Of a stretch of DNA of 64,000 nt, positions 10,486 to 20,514 are shown in pieces. The notes beneath the pieces were generated by a model, which was given only the letters and a program-made list of their open reading frames with translations, made no database searches and was not told where the DNA came from. The DNA comes from a virus. Position numbers and translations under genes: made by a program. The stretch lies in the IMG/VR virus record IMGVR_UViG_3300031841_004047, one strand, 5' to 3'. Position 1 is the first letter of the stretch. Each line of letters begins with the position of its first letter.

Positions 10486-11043
10486 ATGGCAGTTTTAAGC
10501 GTAAATGATTTTAAACAGCAGCTTGCCGGTGGCGGCGCTAGACCTAATCTATTCAAGGTTACTTTTAGAGCACCTCCTGGTATAGCTGGCGTTGAAGCTA
10601 TAAGGGATGAGAAAACATCCTTTATGTGTAGAGCAGCACAGCTTCCGTCTTCCATTATGGGAAACATCATAGTCCCATTTCGTGGTCGTCAAGTTCAAAT
10701 AGCTGGAGACAGAGTTTTTGAACCGTGGGTAGCAACCGTGTTTAACGATACGGACTTTGCTATTCGTACGGCTATGGAAACATGGATGAACGGAATCAAT
10801 AACCACGAAGATAACTCGGGTGTTACGACTCCCGATCAATATCAGGTAGATCTTGATGTAGAACAGCTCGATAAAAACGGAGACACACTATATACTTACA
10901 AATTTGTAGGAGCGTTTCCAACCAACATCTCACCCATTGATCTATCTTATGATAATAATGACATTATTGAAGAATTCAGTATTGAGTTCCAGATTCAGTA
11001 CTGGCATTCGTTTAACCAAGCGAAAGCACAAGTAACTTCATAA
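10486..11043 (+). CDS. gp19: Tail tube protein gp19
   Basis: GGGARPNLFKV, PFRGRQVQIAGDRVFEPW, AFPTNISPIDLSYD. Confidence 0.95.
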   Translation: MAVLSVNDFKQQLAGGGARPNLFKVTFRAPPGIAGVEAIRDEKTSFMCRAAQLPSSIMGNIIVPFRGRQVQIAGDRVFEPWVATVFNDTDFAIRTAMETWMNGINNHEDNSGVTTPDQYQVDLDVEQLDKNGDTLYTYKFVGAFPTNISPIDLSYDNNDIIEEFSIEFQIQYWHSFNQAKAQVTS

Positions 11044-11057
11044 TGTTTGAATAAATA

Positions 11058-11082
11058 GTCTGAGAGGTTTAACCTCTCAGAC
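11058..11082 (+). terminator. Perfect inverted repeat between gp19 and gp20 (terminator or 5'-leader hairpin)
   Basis: GTCTGAGAGGTT-T-AACCTCTCAGAC; no U-tract; preceded by AATAAATA at 11050-11057. Confidence 0.5.
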
Positions 11083-11102
11083 AAATTATGAAAGGTAATT
11101 TC

Positions 11103-12647
11103 GTGGCAGAAAATAGTATTAAGTTATTTGGCTTTGAGATAAAAAGAGCTAACGATAAAAGTGCGGAGAAGTTAAAGTCCGTAGTTCCACCTCAGTCTGA
11201 GGATGGAGCCGGATACGTTACTGCTTCAGCCGGTCACTACGGTCAGTATGTTGATATAGACGGAAATGAAGCAAAAGATAACTATCAACTTATTAACAAA
11301 TATAGAGGTGTTGCTCTTCATCCTGAAGTTGATGCGGCGATAGAAGATATAGTTAACGAGGCGATCGTTGGTGATGATGATAATGGTGTGGGTGTATCCA
11401 TAGCGCTGGATGATATCGAAGCTCCTAAACAAATTAAAGATCAGATAACAGAAGAATTTGATAATATTTTAGGTATGCTTAATTTTAAAGAAAACGGTCA
11501 TGATATTTTTAAAAGATGGTATACCGATGGCAGAATCTTTCACCATCTCGTAGTAAAAGATGGGGCTGAGAAAGCAGGCATTCAAGAAATTAGATACATT
11601 GATGCCATGAAGATGCGTAAAGTGAAAGAAGTCAAGAAAGAAAAAGATCGGATTACTAACGCCGAAATCATTAAAAGTGTTAAAGAATATTTTATATTTC
11701 AAGAAAGGCCTGGACAAAATAGTGCGAGAAATAATGCTATTAAGTTTACGGAAGAATCTATAAGCTACGTAACATCCGGTCTACTTGATGAGAACCGTAA
11801 GAAAGTTGTTTCACACTTACATAAGTCGATAAAACCGATTAACCAACTAAGAATGATGGAAGACTCGCTTGTCATATATAGACTTGCTCGAGCACCGGAA
11901 CGTAGAATTTTTTATATTGATGTAGGTAACCTTCCAAAAGGTAAAGCCGAAGAATATATGAAAAATATCATGACTAAGTATAGAAACAAACTTGTATATG
12001 ATGCCAATTCGGGGGAACTAAGAGATGATCGTAAGCATATGTCGATGCTTGAAGATTTTTGGCTTCCAAGAAGAGAAGGTGGTAGAGGAACGGAGATATC
12101 CACTCTGCCAGGAGGCGAGAATCTTGGACAAATCGATGACATCATCTATTTTCAAAAACGTCTATACAGGTCACTCAATGTTCCTATAAACAGGCTTGAA
12201 CAAGAAGCTCAGTTTTCACTTGGTAGATCCACTGAAATATCCAGGGATGAAGTTAAGTTTCAAAAATTTATTGATAGACTTAGAAACAAATTCTCTCATT
12301 TATTCTTGGGTATCTTAAAGAAACATCTTTTACTCAAAAATATTATAACAGAGGAAGACTGGGATACTTGGAAGAATGATATTAGAGTCGAGTATTCAAG
12401 AGATAATTATTTCAGTGAATTAAAAGAAAGCGAGCTGTTTAAGGAAAGAATTCAGACTCTTGACATGATTAATCAGTATGTCGGTGAGTATTTCACCAAA
12501 GCTTGGGTCATGAAAAATATCTTGAAACTTTCAGAGGAAGACATGAAAGAATTGGAACAAGAAGTCGATGATGAAAATGAGGAAGAAGCACGTAAAGATG
12601 CTGCCGACATTAATAGGCAGAATGCTGATGACAAAGATGAAAACTAA
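11103..12647 (+). CDS. gp20: Portal protein gp20 (likely GTG start 11103; ORF open from 11088)
   Basis: LFGFEI, YRLARAPERRIFYIDVGNLPK, MLEDFWLPRREGGRGTEISTLPGG; AAGGT RBS before GTG. Confidence 0.97.
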   Translation: MAENSIKLFGFEIKRANDKSAEKLKSVVPPQSEDGAGYVTASAGHYGQYVDIDGNEAKDNYQLINKYRGVALHPEVDAAIEDIVNEAIVGDDDNGVGVSIALDDIEAPKQIKDQITEEFDNILGMLNFKENGHDIFKRWYTDGRIFHHLVVKDGAEKAGIQEIRYIDAMKMRKVKEVKKEKDRITNAEIIKSVKEYFIFQERPGQNSARNNAIKFTEESISYVTSGLLDENRKKVVSHLHKSIKPINQLRMMEDSLVIYRLARAPERRIFYIDVGNLPKGKAEEYMKNIMTKYRNKLVYDANSGELRDDRKHMSMLEDFWLPRREGGRGTEISTLPGGENLGQIDDIIYFQKRLYRSLNVPINRLEQEAQFSLGRSTEISRDEVKFQKFIDRLRNKFSHLFLGILKKHLLLKNIITEEDWDTWKNDIRVEYSRDNYFSELKESELFKERIQTLDMINQYVGEYFTKAWVMKNILKLSEEDMKELEQEVDDENEEEARKDAADINRQNADDKDEN

Positions 12648-13537
12648 TGGCAGATGTAGTACTATACAGGAATCCTGATGGGCAAGTAGTACGACTAACA
12701 TCTGATTCTTTTAATGTTACATATGAAGATTCTTTCATCGATATTACTATCGATGCTCCAAGATCTACGGATCAAGTTGGGCTGTGGTATGAGGTTAATA
12801 CTTCTGACTTCTATCAGCCTTTAAACTATAGTCTTAGATTAAACTTAGACTCGAATCAAATAACAACAGTTACCCTGCAGTCAGCTACTGCTTCAAGCTA
12901 TCACAATGCTCTAGACGGAGCGTGGGAAACTATCAATAAAACCTTTAATCTTAGAATACATCGTCCTACTAACCCTGTAGTAACTCTAGCAGACTCAGAT
13001 TTTGTAGAAGATATCATAGTTGACTCAGATAATATTCTTTATTCTGAAGAAATTGAAATAACGGGAAATGAGTCAGAGATACAAGAACTTTTAGTATCCG
13101 GTGTCAATATAAAAACGATAAACGCTCAATCACTATTGGGATCTGGTAACCTAGTTATCTCTGGTCTGCAATCAAGAAATACTGCATTAACAGCTACTGG
13201 ATCAGGCGAATTCAACTCCGACATAACCGGTTATAAAGCCTACATGCTTATGAAGATACAAACGAGTGGGGCTGCTTGGGTAAGAATATACACAAGCAGC
13301 ACAGCGAGAACTGCTGATGTAAATAGTGGTAGAACACAGTTGTCTGATCCATTGCCAAATGCTGGAGTAATTGCCGAAGTTATTACAAATGGTGCTGAGA
13401 CAGTAGTCATGTCTCCGGGTGTTCTTGGATTTAATGAATCAGAAAGTAGTAGTGATATTCCGGTTAGAGTATCCAGCTTAGCTTCGGGTGCGCCTTCAGT
13501 TACAGTTACTTTAACTGCTTTACAACTGGAGGCTTAA
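12647..13537 (+). CDS. Virion accessory/fibre-like protein
   Basis: Fibre-type motif SGVNIKTINAQSLLGSGNL and C-terminal AAWVRIY..AR..D...DPLPNAGVIAEVIT domain; TAATG-coupled to gp20. Confidence 0.5.
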   Translation: MADVVLYRNPDGQVVRLTSDSFNVTYEDSFIDITIDAPRSTDQVGLWYEVNTSDFYQPLNYSLRLNLDSNQITTVTLQSATASSYHNALDGAWETINKTFNLRIHRPTNPVVTLADSDFVEDIIVDSDNILYSEEIEITGNESEIQELLVSGVNIKTINAQSLLGSGNLVISGLQSRNTALTATGSGEFNSDITGYKAYMLMKIQTSGAAWVRIYTSSTARTADVNSGRTQLSDPLPNAGVIAEVITNGAETVVMSPGVLGFNESESSSDIPVRVSSLASGAPSVTVTLTALQLEA

Positions 13538-13575
13538 TGTGGGTAATTTTATTTTAATCCTAAAAACTTTACTTA

Positions 13576-13583
13576 TATAAATA
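13576..13583 (+). promoter_or_regulatory. T4-type late promoter
   Basis: TATAAATA upstream of the prohead core genes. Confidence 0.85.
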
Positions 13584-13592
13584 AACTAAAAT

Positions 13593-13898
13593 ATGGAGAA
13601 CAAAATGGATAATGAAGAAAATTTTGATGATGAAGTCGAAACAGTTGATACAACTGCGGAGCAAGACATCGAAGATATTGAAGAGCCTGAAGTAGAAGTA
13701 AATCCTATTTCAGAGCTTATTGGTTCTATTGAGGACAAAGATTTTGTTAAGTCTAATGATATTTTTAACAGTATGATTAGTGATAGATTGTCCACAGCAT
13801 TGGATAACGAAAGAATAGCGATCGCTAATCGTCTTTATAATGACGCACCTGAAGCAGAAACTGAAGAAGGTGATATGGAGTACGATGAAGCGGTTTAA
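13593..13898 (+). CDS. Acidic prohead core protein (gp67-like)
   Basis: Very acidic 101 aa; position between portal and protease. Confidence 0.55.
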   Translation: MENKMDNEENFDDEVETVDTTAEQDIEDIEEPEVEVNPISELIGSIEDKDFVKSNDIFNSMISDRLSTALDNERIAIANRLYNDAPEAETEEGDMEYDEAV

Positions 13899-14079
13899 TG
13901 ATATACGACATTCTCTAAACGAAAACAAAAAGATGAATATATCTGGAGTAAAAGTAGAGATAGTCAAAGATAAAAACAAATTTAAAGTAATGGTTGACGG
14001 AAGTCTTCTTGATAGCTACCCTACCGAGAATCAAGCTGTAAAGATGGCTAAAGAATTCGTCAAGCAATATAAAGGATAG
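13885..14079 (+). CDS. Small prohead core protein (gp68-like)
   Basis: MKRFNDIRHSLNE..., start re-set to ATG 13885; position before gp21. Confidence 0.5.
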   Translation: MKRFNDIRHSLNENKKMNISGVKVEIVKDKNKFKVMVDGSLLDSYPTENQAVKMAKEFVKQYKG

Positions 14080-14083
14080 AACT

Positions 14084-14782
14084 ATGAAGCTTATTGCGGA
14101 ATATAACGATCAAGATATATCTTATATTACTGAGGAAGTAGAAGGCTCAGGAAAGAAAAACTATGTGATTGAAGGTATCTTCGCACAAGCTGAAAGTAAG
14201 AATAGAAACGGTAGAATATATCCAAGAGAAATTTTGGAGTCTGCCGTACATAAATTTGCAACCGAGCAGGTTGCAACTAAGAGAGCGGTTGGAGAACTCA
14301 ATCATCCGGATGGTCCGACTGTTAACTTAGATAAGGTTTCACATCGCATAACCGAACTTAAGTGGGACGGTAATAATGTGATGGGAAAAGCGCTTATATT
14401 AGATACTCCAATGGGAAACATTGTAAAAGGTCTCCTCGATGGTGGTGTTCAACTAGGCGTTTCAACTCGTGGTATGGGAAGTCTTGAGAATCGTAATGGG
14501 ACAATGTATGTTAAAGAAGATTTTCATTTAGCAACTGTCGACATTGTACAAGATCCATCTGCTCCGCAAGCATTCGTTAATGGGATAATGGAAGGCGTAG
14601 AGTGGGTTTGGAACAATGGTGTAATTCAACCTCAGCACCTTATTGAAGAGGATGTTGAAGAGATTGAAGAAGAAATTCAAGACGTTGAAAAAATTGAGAC
14701 TGAAATTAAAAAAGCTCCACGTGCTGATCTGCATTTAGTGCAGGAACGTGAGTTTAAAAATTTCCTCTCGTTGCTCAAATAA
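14084..14782 (+). CDS. gp21: Prohead protease gp21
   Basis: IEGIFAQAESKNRNGRIYP, GELNHP, GVSTRGMGSL, DIVQDPSAP. Confidence 0.96.
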   Translation: MKLIAEYNDQDISYITEEVEGSGKKNYVIEGIFAQAESKNRNGRIYPREILESAVHKFATEQVATKRAVGELNHPDGPTVNLDKVSHRITELKWDGNNVMGKALILDTPMGNIVKGLLDGGVQLGVSTRGMGSLENRNGTMYVKEDFHLATVDIVQDPSAPQAFVNGIMEGVEWVWNNGVIQPQHLIEEDVEEIEEEIQDVEKIETEIKKAPRADLHLVQEREFKNFLSLLK

Positions 14783-14797
14783 AAAAGGGAGTCAAAC

Positions 14798-15889
14798 ATG
14801 ACTGATCAAATTAAGGAACAGGATGTTGAGCTCGATGAAATCGACGAGATCGAAGAAGCTCATGATCCTAAGAATGCAGAGGCACAATCAGTGGCTGCGG
14901 CTGATAAAGCTACAGACGCTGGACCCACTGCAAAAGAGCCTGGCGGGAAAGGTTTAAAAGCCGAGCCGATGCCAAAAACAAAAGCTGGCATGGTTAACGC
15001 CATGTATAACAAAATGAATAAGATGAAGAAAGAAGATCTGAAAGCATCTTATAAAACCATGATGGGTGAAGAAATTGAACTCGAAGATGAGATCATTACT
15101 TCAGACCATTCACAAGACCTGGAAGCTTTAATCGCTAACGAAGAAGGACTAGCGGAAGGTTTCAAAGATAAAGCTGCTACTATTTTCGAAGCTGCTGTTA
15201 GCTCAAGAGTCCAAGAGTACGTTTCTGCTAAACAAGCAGAGATGGATGCTCAGATGGAAGAAAGAGTTGCTGCACTTGAAGAGCAGTTTGCTATTGAAAC
15301 TGAAGAAAGTCTCAATGAAACCAGAGAAGAGCTTATCGGTAAAATCGATAGCTACCTCAACTACGTAGTTGAAACTTGGATGGAAGAAAACAGAGTGGCT
15401 GTTGAAAAAGGTCTGCGTACAGAAATCGCAGAAACCTTTATGAGCAACCTGAAAGATCTGTTTAAAGAATCTTATATCGAAGTTCCTGAAGGAAAAGTTG
15501 ACCTAGTCGACGATCTAGTGGAAACTATTGAAGATTTGGAAAGTCAAGTTAACGCTAAAACAGAACAAGCCATGGCAATGAAGGAAGAAGTAGATCAACT
15601 TCGTCGTACTATTATTGTACGTGAAGCATCTAAAGGTCTTGCTGATACTCAAGCTGCCAAGCTAGAAAAACTCGCAGAAAGCGTAGAATACGAATCAGAT
15701 GAAAAATTTGCTGAAAAAGTAGCGACTCTGAAGGACTCATACTTTGGATCTAAAACTTCATCTGATGACACAATCGTAGAAGAAGAACTGTCAACAGAAG
15801 CTGAAGTCATCAAAGAAGAATCTGACAATGCTTCAACTGGTTCAGACGCGATGTCACGTTACATTTCTGCACTTAGAACTACATCTTAA
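14798..15889 (+). CDS. gp22: Prohead scaffold gp22
   Basis: FKDKAATIFEAAV, IDSYLNYVVETWMEEN, GLRTEIAETFM; acidic coiled coil. Confidence 0.93.
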   Translation: MTDQIKEQDVELDEIDEIEEAHDPKNAEAQSVAAADKATDAGPTAKEPGGKGLKAEPMPKTKAGMVNAMYNKMNKMKKEDLKASYKTMMGEEIELEDEIITSDHSQDLEALIANEEGLAEGFKDKAATIFEAAVSSRVQEYVSAKQAEMDAQMEERVAALEEQFAIETEESLNETREELIGKIDSYLNYVVETWMEENRVAVEKGLRTEIAETFMSNLKDLFKESYIEVPEGKVDLVDDLVETIEDLESQVNAKTEQAMAMKEEVDQLRRTIIVREASKGLADTQAAKLEKLAESVEYESDEKFAEKVATLKDSYFGSKTSSDDTIVEEELSTEAEVIKEESDNASTGSDAMSRYISALRTTS

Positions 15890-15906
15890 TAAGGGGACAA
15901 AAGAAA

Positions 15907-17244
15907 ATGTCTAATATGTATAAAAATCTCACGGAGAAATGGGCACCCGTTCTCAATGAAGAATCTGCAGGTAAAATTGAAGATTCTTACAGAAAGCAGG
16001 TGACCGCGGTTGTTCTTGAAAACCAAGAGCAAGCTCTTAAAGAAGCACGTATGATCACTGAAGACGTACCTGGAACTTCAACGGCGTCTATTGATCGCTG
16101 GGATCCCGTGCTTATCTCACTCGTACGTCGTGCAATGCCAAACATGATGGCGTATGACGTCTGCGGTGTTCAGCCAATGACTGGTCCAACTGGCTTGATC
16201 TTCGCTATGAAGTCACGCTATAAAACAACACGTGGTGGTGTAACTGCTGGTGATGAAGCACTGTTCGATGAAGCAAATACTGCATACTCAGGTGATTCTT
16301 CCGGAACACACACTAACAACCCATCAGGTCTTTCAGGTCTTACAGACGGTGATGCAGACAGCACCATCGATGGAGAGCGTTCATCTACTCATCCTGCAGG
16401 CGCTATGCCAACGGCTGACGGTGAAGGTCTTGGTTCAGGTGGCAACGTAGATCCAAACTCAGCATTCGCTGAAATGGGTTTCACCATCGAGAAATCAACC
16501 GTAACAGCGAAAACACGTGCTCTGAAAGCAGAGTACAGCTTGGAGCTGGCTCAAGACCTTAAAGCAATTCATGGTCTTGATGCAGAATCAGAACTGGCAA
16601 ACATCTTGTCAGCAGAAATTCTTGCAGAAATCAACCGCGAAGTTATTCGCACAATCAACAGCCAAGCTAAAACAGGCGCTTCAACGGGTAACACCGCAAT
16701 CAACGGTATCTTCAACGTACAAACGGATGCAGATGGTCGTTGGTCAGTTGAGCGTTTCAAAGGTCTCATGGTACAAATCGAGCGTGAAGCAAACGCGATT
16801 GCTAAGCAAACTCGGAGAGGCCGTGGTAACTTCATCATCTGTTCATCAGATGTAGCTTCTGCTCTTGCTTCAACTGGTATGCTTGACTACGCACCAGCGA
16901 TGTCAACGAATCTGAACGTTGATGACACAGGCAACACTTTTGCTGGTGTTCTTAACGGTCGTACACGTGTATACATCGACCCATATGCTGTCGCTGATTA
17001 CATCACTGTTGGCTACAAAGGTACTAACGCATACGATGCAGGTCTCTTCTACTGCCCATACGTACCACTTACGATGGTTCGTGCTGTCGGTGAGGAAGAC
17101 TTCCAGCCACGTATCGGGTTTAAAACTCGTTACGGCATGGTATCAAACCCATTCGTTGGTTCTACACCAGCAGATGGTCTTGCTGCAGCGAAGTCAAACC
17201 AGTACTACCGTATCTTCCGCGTGGACAACATCCTCGGCGCATAA
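15907..17244 (+). CDS. gp23: Major capsid protein gp23
   Basis: GVQPMTGPTGLIFAMKSRY, TAKTRALKAEYSLELAQDLKAIHGLDAE, FYCPYVPL, QPRIGFKTRYG. Confidence 0.98.
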   Translation: MSNMYKNLTEKWAPVLNEESAGKIEDSYRKQVTAVVLENQEQALKEARMITEDVPGTSTASIDRWDPVLISLVRRAMPNMMAYDVCGVQPMTGPTGLIFAMKSRYKTTRGGVTAGDEALFDEANTAYSGDSSGTHTNNPSGLSGLTDGDADSTIDGERSSTHPAGAMPTADGEGLGSGGNVDPNSAFAEMGFTIEKSTVTAKTRALKAEYSLELAQDLKAIHGLDAESELANILSAEILAEINREVIRTINSQAKTGASTGNTAINGIFNVQTDADGRWSVERFKGLMVQIEREANAIAKQTRRGRGNFIICSSDVASALASTGMLDYAPAMSTNLNVDDTGNTFAGVLNGRTRVYIDPYAVADYITVGYKGTNAYDAGLFYCPYVPLTMVRAVGEEDFQPRIGFKTRYGMVSNPFVGSTPADGLAAAKSNQYYRIFRVDNILGA

Positions 17245-17285
17245 GGGTTACCCCCAAAATAATAAAAATAATGAAGAAACGAACT

Positions 17286-17313
17286 GGGCCGGTTTTTACC
17301 GGCCCTTATTTTT
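17286..17313 (+). terminator. Rho-independent terminator after gp23
   Basis: GGGCCGGT-TTTT-ACCGGCCC followed by TTATTTTT. Confidence 0.9.
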
Positions 17314-17323
17314 AGATGATATA

Positions 17324-17331
17324 TATAAATA
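17324..17331 (+). promoter_or_regulatory. T4-type late promoter for gp3
   Basis: TATAAATA just after the terminator. Confidence 0.85.
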
Positions 17332-17349
17332 GATAAAAAAGGAATCTAT

Positions 17350-17832
17350 ATGGCCGTTCGTACAGATAATGTTAATTACTTACAACCGAGTAATTTTAAG
17401 ATAACAATTGAAAGACAGAAGTATGGCAACTTGCAATTTTTTGCGCAGTCTGTCATACATCCCGGTATAGCCGTATCTTCTGCTCAAGTGCCATTCAGTA
17501 GAATTCAAACGGTGTCTATTCCTGGTGATACTTTAAACTTTGACGAGTTACAGATAGATTTGATAATTGATGAAGACATGAACTCATATACTGAGATTTT
17601 TAACTGGATAAAATCTCTTACTGATAGTAGATCAAATCCTACAGAAAATTTTATAGAGCAAGACATACAGGTTAGTATACTATCTAGTTCTAACAACGTC
17701 ATAAGAACAATAAGATATTTAAATGCCGTGCCGACAAGTATAGGGTCTATAACCTTTACGGCTAGCTTATCGGATACTGATGTTATAACTATGCCGGTAT
17801 CTTTTAGAATAGATGAGTTTGAAGTAGTTTGA
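17350..17832 (+). CDS. gp3: Tail tube terminator/completion protein gp3
   Basis: NYLQPSNFK, PGDTLNFDELQIDLIIDEDMNSYTEIFNWI; synteny after gp23. Confidence 0.85.
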   Translation: MAVRTDNVNYLQPSNFKITIERQKYGNLQFFAQSVIHPGIAVSSAQVPFSRIQTVSIPGDTLNFDELQIDLIIDEDMNSYTEIFNWIKSLTDSRSNPTENFIEQDIQVSILSSSNNVIRTIRYLNAVPTSIGSITFTASLSDTDVITMPVSFRIDEFEVV

Positions 17833-17862
17833 TATATAATACTATATGATGGAGAATATAAC

Positions 17863-18306
17863 TTGAATCTGGAAACAATCCTTAAGGAGTGGGAAGAAGA
17901 TAGTAAGATCAACGCAAGTGATCTAGCTAGAACTTCGGTAGATACCGCTAAACTGCACTCAAAATATCTACAGCTTCTATCAATCAATAAACTACAGCTG
18001 AAGAAAGCAGAGTTGAAACAAAAAACTTTGTTGAAAGATAAGTGGTTATACTATAACAACAAGATGTCGAAGGAAGAGATTGAAGAGAAGGGGTGGGAGT
18101 ATGATCCTTTCAATGGTCTAAAAGTCATGAAGGGTGACATGAATCACTACTATGATTCTGATATAGATATTCAAAAGAGTGAGGAAACCGTAACTTACTA
18201 TAAGACATTGGTTGAAACTTTACAAGAAATCGTTACTAATATAAATTGGCGACATCAAACAATTGGTAATATTATAAAATGGAAACAGTTTGAACAAGGT
18301 GGATGA
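17863..18306 (+). CDS. uvsY: Recombination mediator UvsY
   Basis: LHSKYL, LKDKWLYY..K, YYDSDIDI, I..RHQTIGNIIKWKQFEQG; TTG start with GGAG RBS. Confidence 0.88.
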   Translation: MNLETILKEWEEDSKINASDLARTSVDTAKLHSKYLQLLSINKLQLKKAELKQKTLLKDKWLYYNNKMSKEEIEEKGWEYDPFNGLKVMKGDMNHYYDSDIDIQKSEETVTYYKTLVETLQEIVTNINWRHQTIGNIIKWKQFEQGG

Positions 18307-18527
18307 TGGTTAAACCTAATAAAAATTTTGAGTTAACTGTAAGAGATATAGAAGTAATCGAGCAAGCTCTAAGAGCTAAAGCCGGTCGAAGAGGCATAGC
18401 TATAGCTCAAGGTGAGACTTCTCCTGAGTTTAAAGCTGAAATGAATGAGATTCAGGATCTTTTAGGTAGGATACATGAACAGAAGCAGTGGTTTAGACCA
18501 AAAGATGGTGTATATATAAGTGGATAA
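18303..18527 (+). CDS. Hypothetical protein
   Basis: 74-aa ORF coupled to uvsY and uvsW. Confidence 0.7.
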   Translation: MMVKPNKNFELTVRDIEVIEQALRAKAGRRGIAIAQGETSPEFKAEMNEIQDLLGRIHEQKQWFRPKDGVYISG

Positions 18528-20034
18528 AGTTGTCTTACAGAAGATGAATCATAGTAATATGATTGTAGGATGTGACTGGGGAATAGCACAAGAACTTAGT
18601 GACTATTTCTCATTCTTTGTCCCTGGGTATAAGTATATGCCCCTATACCGTAATAAAGTATGGGACGGTAAAGTAAGACTATTTAATGTCAACAACCATG
18701 AGCTACCATGCGGATTACTTCCTTACGTAAAAGATTTTTGTGAAAAAAGACAATATACAGTTGAGTATGAGGATAGTAACTATGGTCCTCCTGAATCAAT
18801 TAATGACATCGATCCAAACAAGATAATGTCTTTCATTAAAAGTTTGGACTTATGTAGCAGTGGTCAACCGATAGAAATTAGAGATTACCAGTTTAACGCT
18901 ATATGTGAAGGTATTCGTAGAAAAAGAGCTATCATGCTTTCTCCAACTGGTTCCGGTAAATCACTTATAATATATGTATTAATGAGATGGTTTCTTGAAA
19001 ACTACGATCAAAAAGCTCTAATCATTGTTCCTACGACTTCTTTAGTTGAGCAGATGTACGGTGACTTCGATGACTACTCTTCCAATGATGAATCTTGGTC
19101 TGCTAATGAAGAGTGTCACGTAATATATTCCGGTAAACCAAAAACTAATGTAACGGAAAAAGTATTCATTAGCACTTGGCAGTCTATATACAAGCTTCCT
19201 ATAACTTGGTTCGAACAGTTTGGATCAGTATTCGGAGACGAGTGTCATGGGTTTAAATCTAAGTCGTTAACTAACATTATGAATAAGTCTAGAGATGCTG
19301 AGTATAGGTTTGGTACTACGGGTACTTTGGATGGAACACAGACACACCAACTTGTGCTGGAAGGGTTGTTTGGTAAAGTTATGAAAGTAACCACCACCAA
19401 GAACCTTCAAGATAAGAACACCTTAGCCGATCTCGATATCTTTATGCTTGAATTAAATTATGATGATGAGACTAAGAAAAATAATGTTGGTTTAACGTAT
19501 ATTGATGAAATAGATTTTATAGTAAGAAATGAAAAAAGAAATAAGTTTATACGTAACTTAGCTTTAGACCAGACTGGTAATACATTGGTTTTATTTCAGT
19601 TTGTCGAAAAACATGGAAAACCACTTTTTGACCTTATAAATAATAAGGTGGAGGTAAACAGAAAGGTTTTCTTCGTATCTGGAGCTACTGAAACCTCTGA
19701 CAGAGAAGCTATTCGTAAAATAACTGAAGGACAAAAAAATGCTATTATTGTTGCAAGTCTTGGTACCTTTAGTACTGGTATTAATATTCGGAATCTGCAC
19801 AATATCATCTTTGCTAGCCCGTCAAAGTCTCAAATTAAAGTTTTACAGAGTATCGGAAGAGGGTTACGTAAGTCCGATAACGGAAGAAGCACTAAGCTCT
19901 ACGACATAGTAGATAATATGCAGCATAAGTCTAAGAAAAACTACGCTCTCTTACACTCCGAAGAAAGATTAAAGATATATAAAAAAGAAAAATTTAATTT
20001 TAAGCTATATAAGGTAGAAATTAATGGGAATTGA
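18520..20034 (+). CDS. uvsW: UvsW DNA helicase
   Basis: FSFFVPGYKYMP.YRNKVWDGK, SPTGSGKS, GDECH, GTTGT, STGINI, QSIGRGLR. Confidence 0.96.
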   Translation: MDKVVLQKMNHSNMIVGCDWGIAQELSDYFSFFVPGYKYMPLYRNKVWDGKVRLFNVNNHELPCGLLPYVKDFCEKRQYTVEYEDSNYGPPESINDIDPNKIMSFIKSLDLCSSGQPIEIRDYQFNAICEGIRRKRAIMLSPTGSGKSLIIYVLMRWFLENYDQKALIIVPTTSLVEQMYGDFDDYSSNDESWSANEECHVIYSGKPKTNVTEKVFISTWQSIYKLPITWFEQFGSVFGDECHGFKSKSLTNIMNKSRDAEYRFGTTGTLDGTQTHQLVLEGLFGKVMKVTTTKNLQDKNTLADLDIFMLELNYDDETKKNNVGLTYIDEIDFIVRNEKRNKFIRNLALDQTGNTLVLFQFVEKHGKPLFDLINNKVEVNRKVFFVSGATETSDREAIRKITEGQKNAIIVASLGTFSTGINIRNLHNIIFASPSKSQIKVLQSIGRGLRKSDNGRSTKLYDIVDNMQHKSKKNYALLHSEERLKIYKKEKFNFKLYKVEINGN

Positions 20035-20422
20035 ATCTGACAATATAAAGCAACTTTTATTATCAGATGGTTCTGAAATTATCTGTAAGATAGAAGAAGA
20101 ACTCGAAGACGATCTAGTAATTTCAAGTGCTTTTAAGATTGTGAGGATAGATACTCCTATTACTGGAAACAGCTACTATACTTTTAAGCCTTTCATGACT
20201 TATGTGGAAGATAGCAATCACTTTATATCTTTGAATCTGTATCATATCGTATCTGCTACCGTTCCTTATAGTGAGCTACATAATCAATACGTAAAAATTA
20301 TGGCGAATGTTAAAGAGATAATGTTGAGGCAAGAAGAAGAATTTAATGAAGAAGACGTTTTAGAAGAGAGTATAGAAGATTACAGTAACGTGATCAGCAT
20401 AGACAGAAGCAAGCTGCACTAG
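20024..20422 (+). CDS. Conserved hypothetical protein (uvsW-gp55 position)
   Basis: IKQLLLSDGSEIIC start; position seen in marine T4-like phages. Confidence 0.7.
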   Translation: MGIESDNIKQLLLSDGSEIICKIEEELEDDLVISSAFKIVRIDTPITGNSYYTFKPFMTYVEDSNHFISLNLYHIVSATVPYSELHNQYVKIMANVKEIMLRQEEEFNEEDVLEESIEDYSNVISIDRSKLH

Positions 20423-20453
20423 TACTACTGCCCACCATAAAGACCACTTTATT

Positions 20454-20481
20454 ATTATATACTATTTGTCAAAAAAGTAAA
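20454..20481 (-). promoter_or_regulatory. Minus-strand early-type promoter (antisense to the uvsW operon)
   Basis: Reverse complement reads GGGG-TTTACT-16 nt-TATAAT. Confidence 0.55.
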
Positions 20482-20514
20482 CCCCAAAAATGCCTTTTTT
20501 TGAAAAAAAAGTGT

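Noticed and set aside
17245-17349. Absence of gp24 after gp23 as a novelty
   Set aside because: gp23 followed directly by gp3/uvsY is the usual layout in marine T4-like phages.
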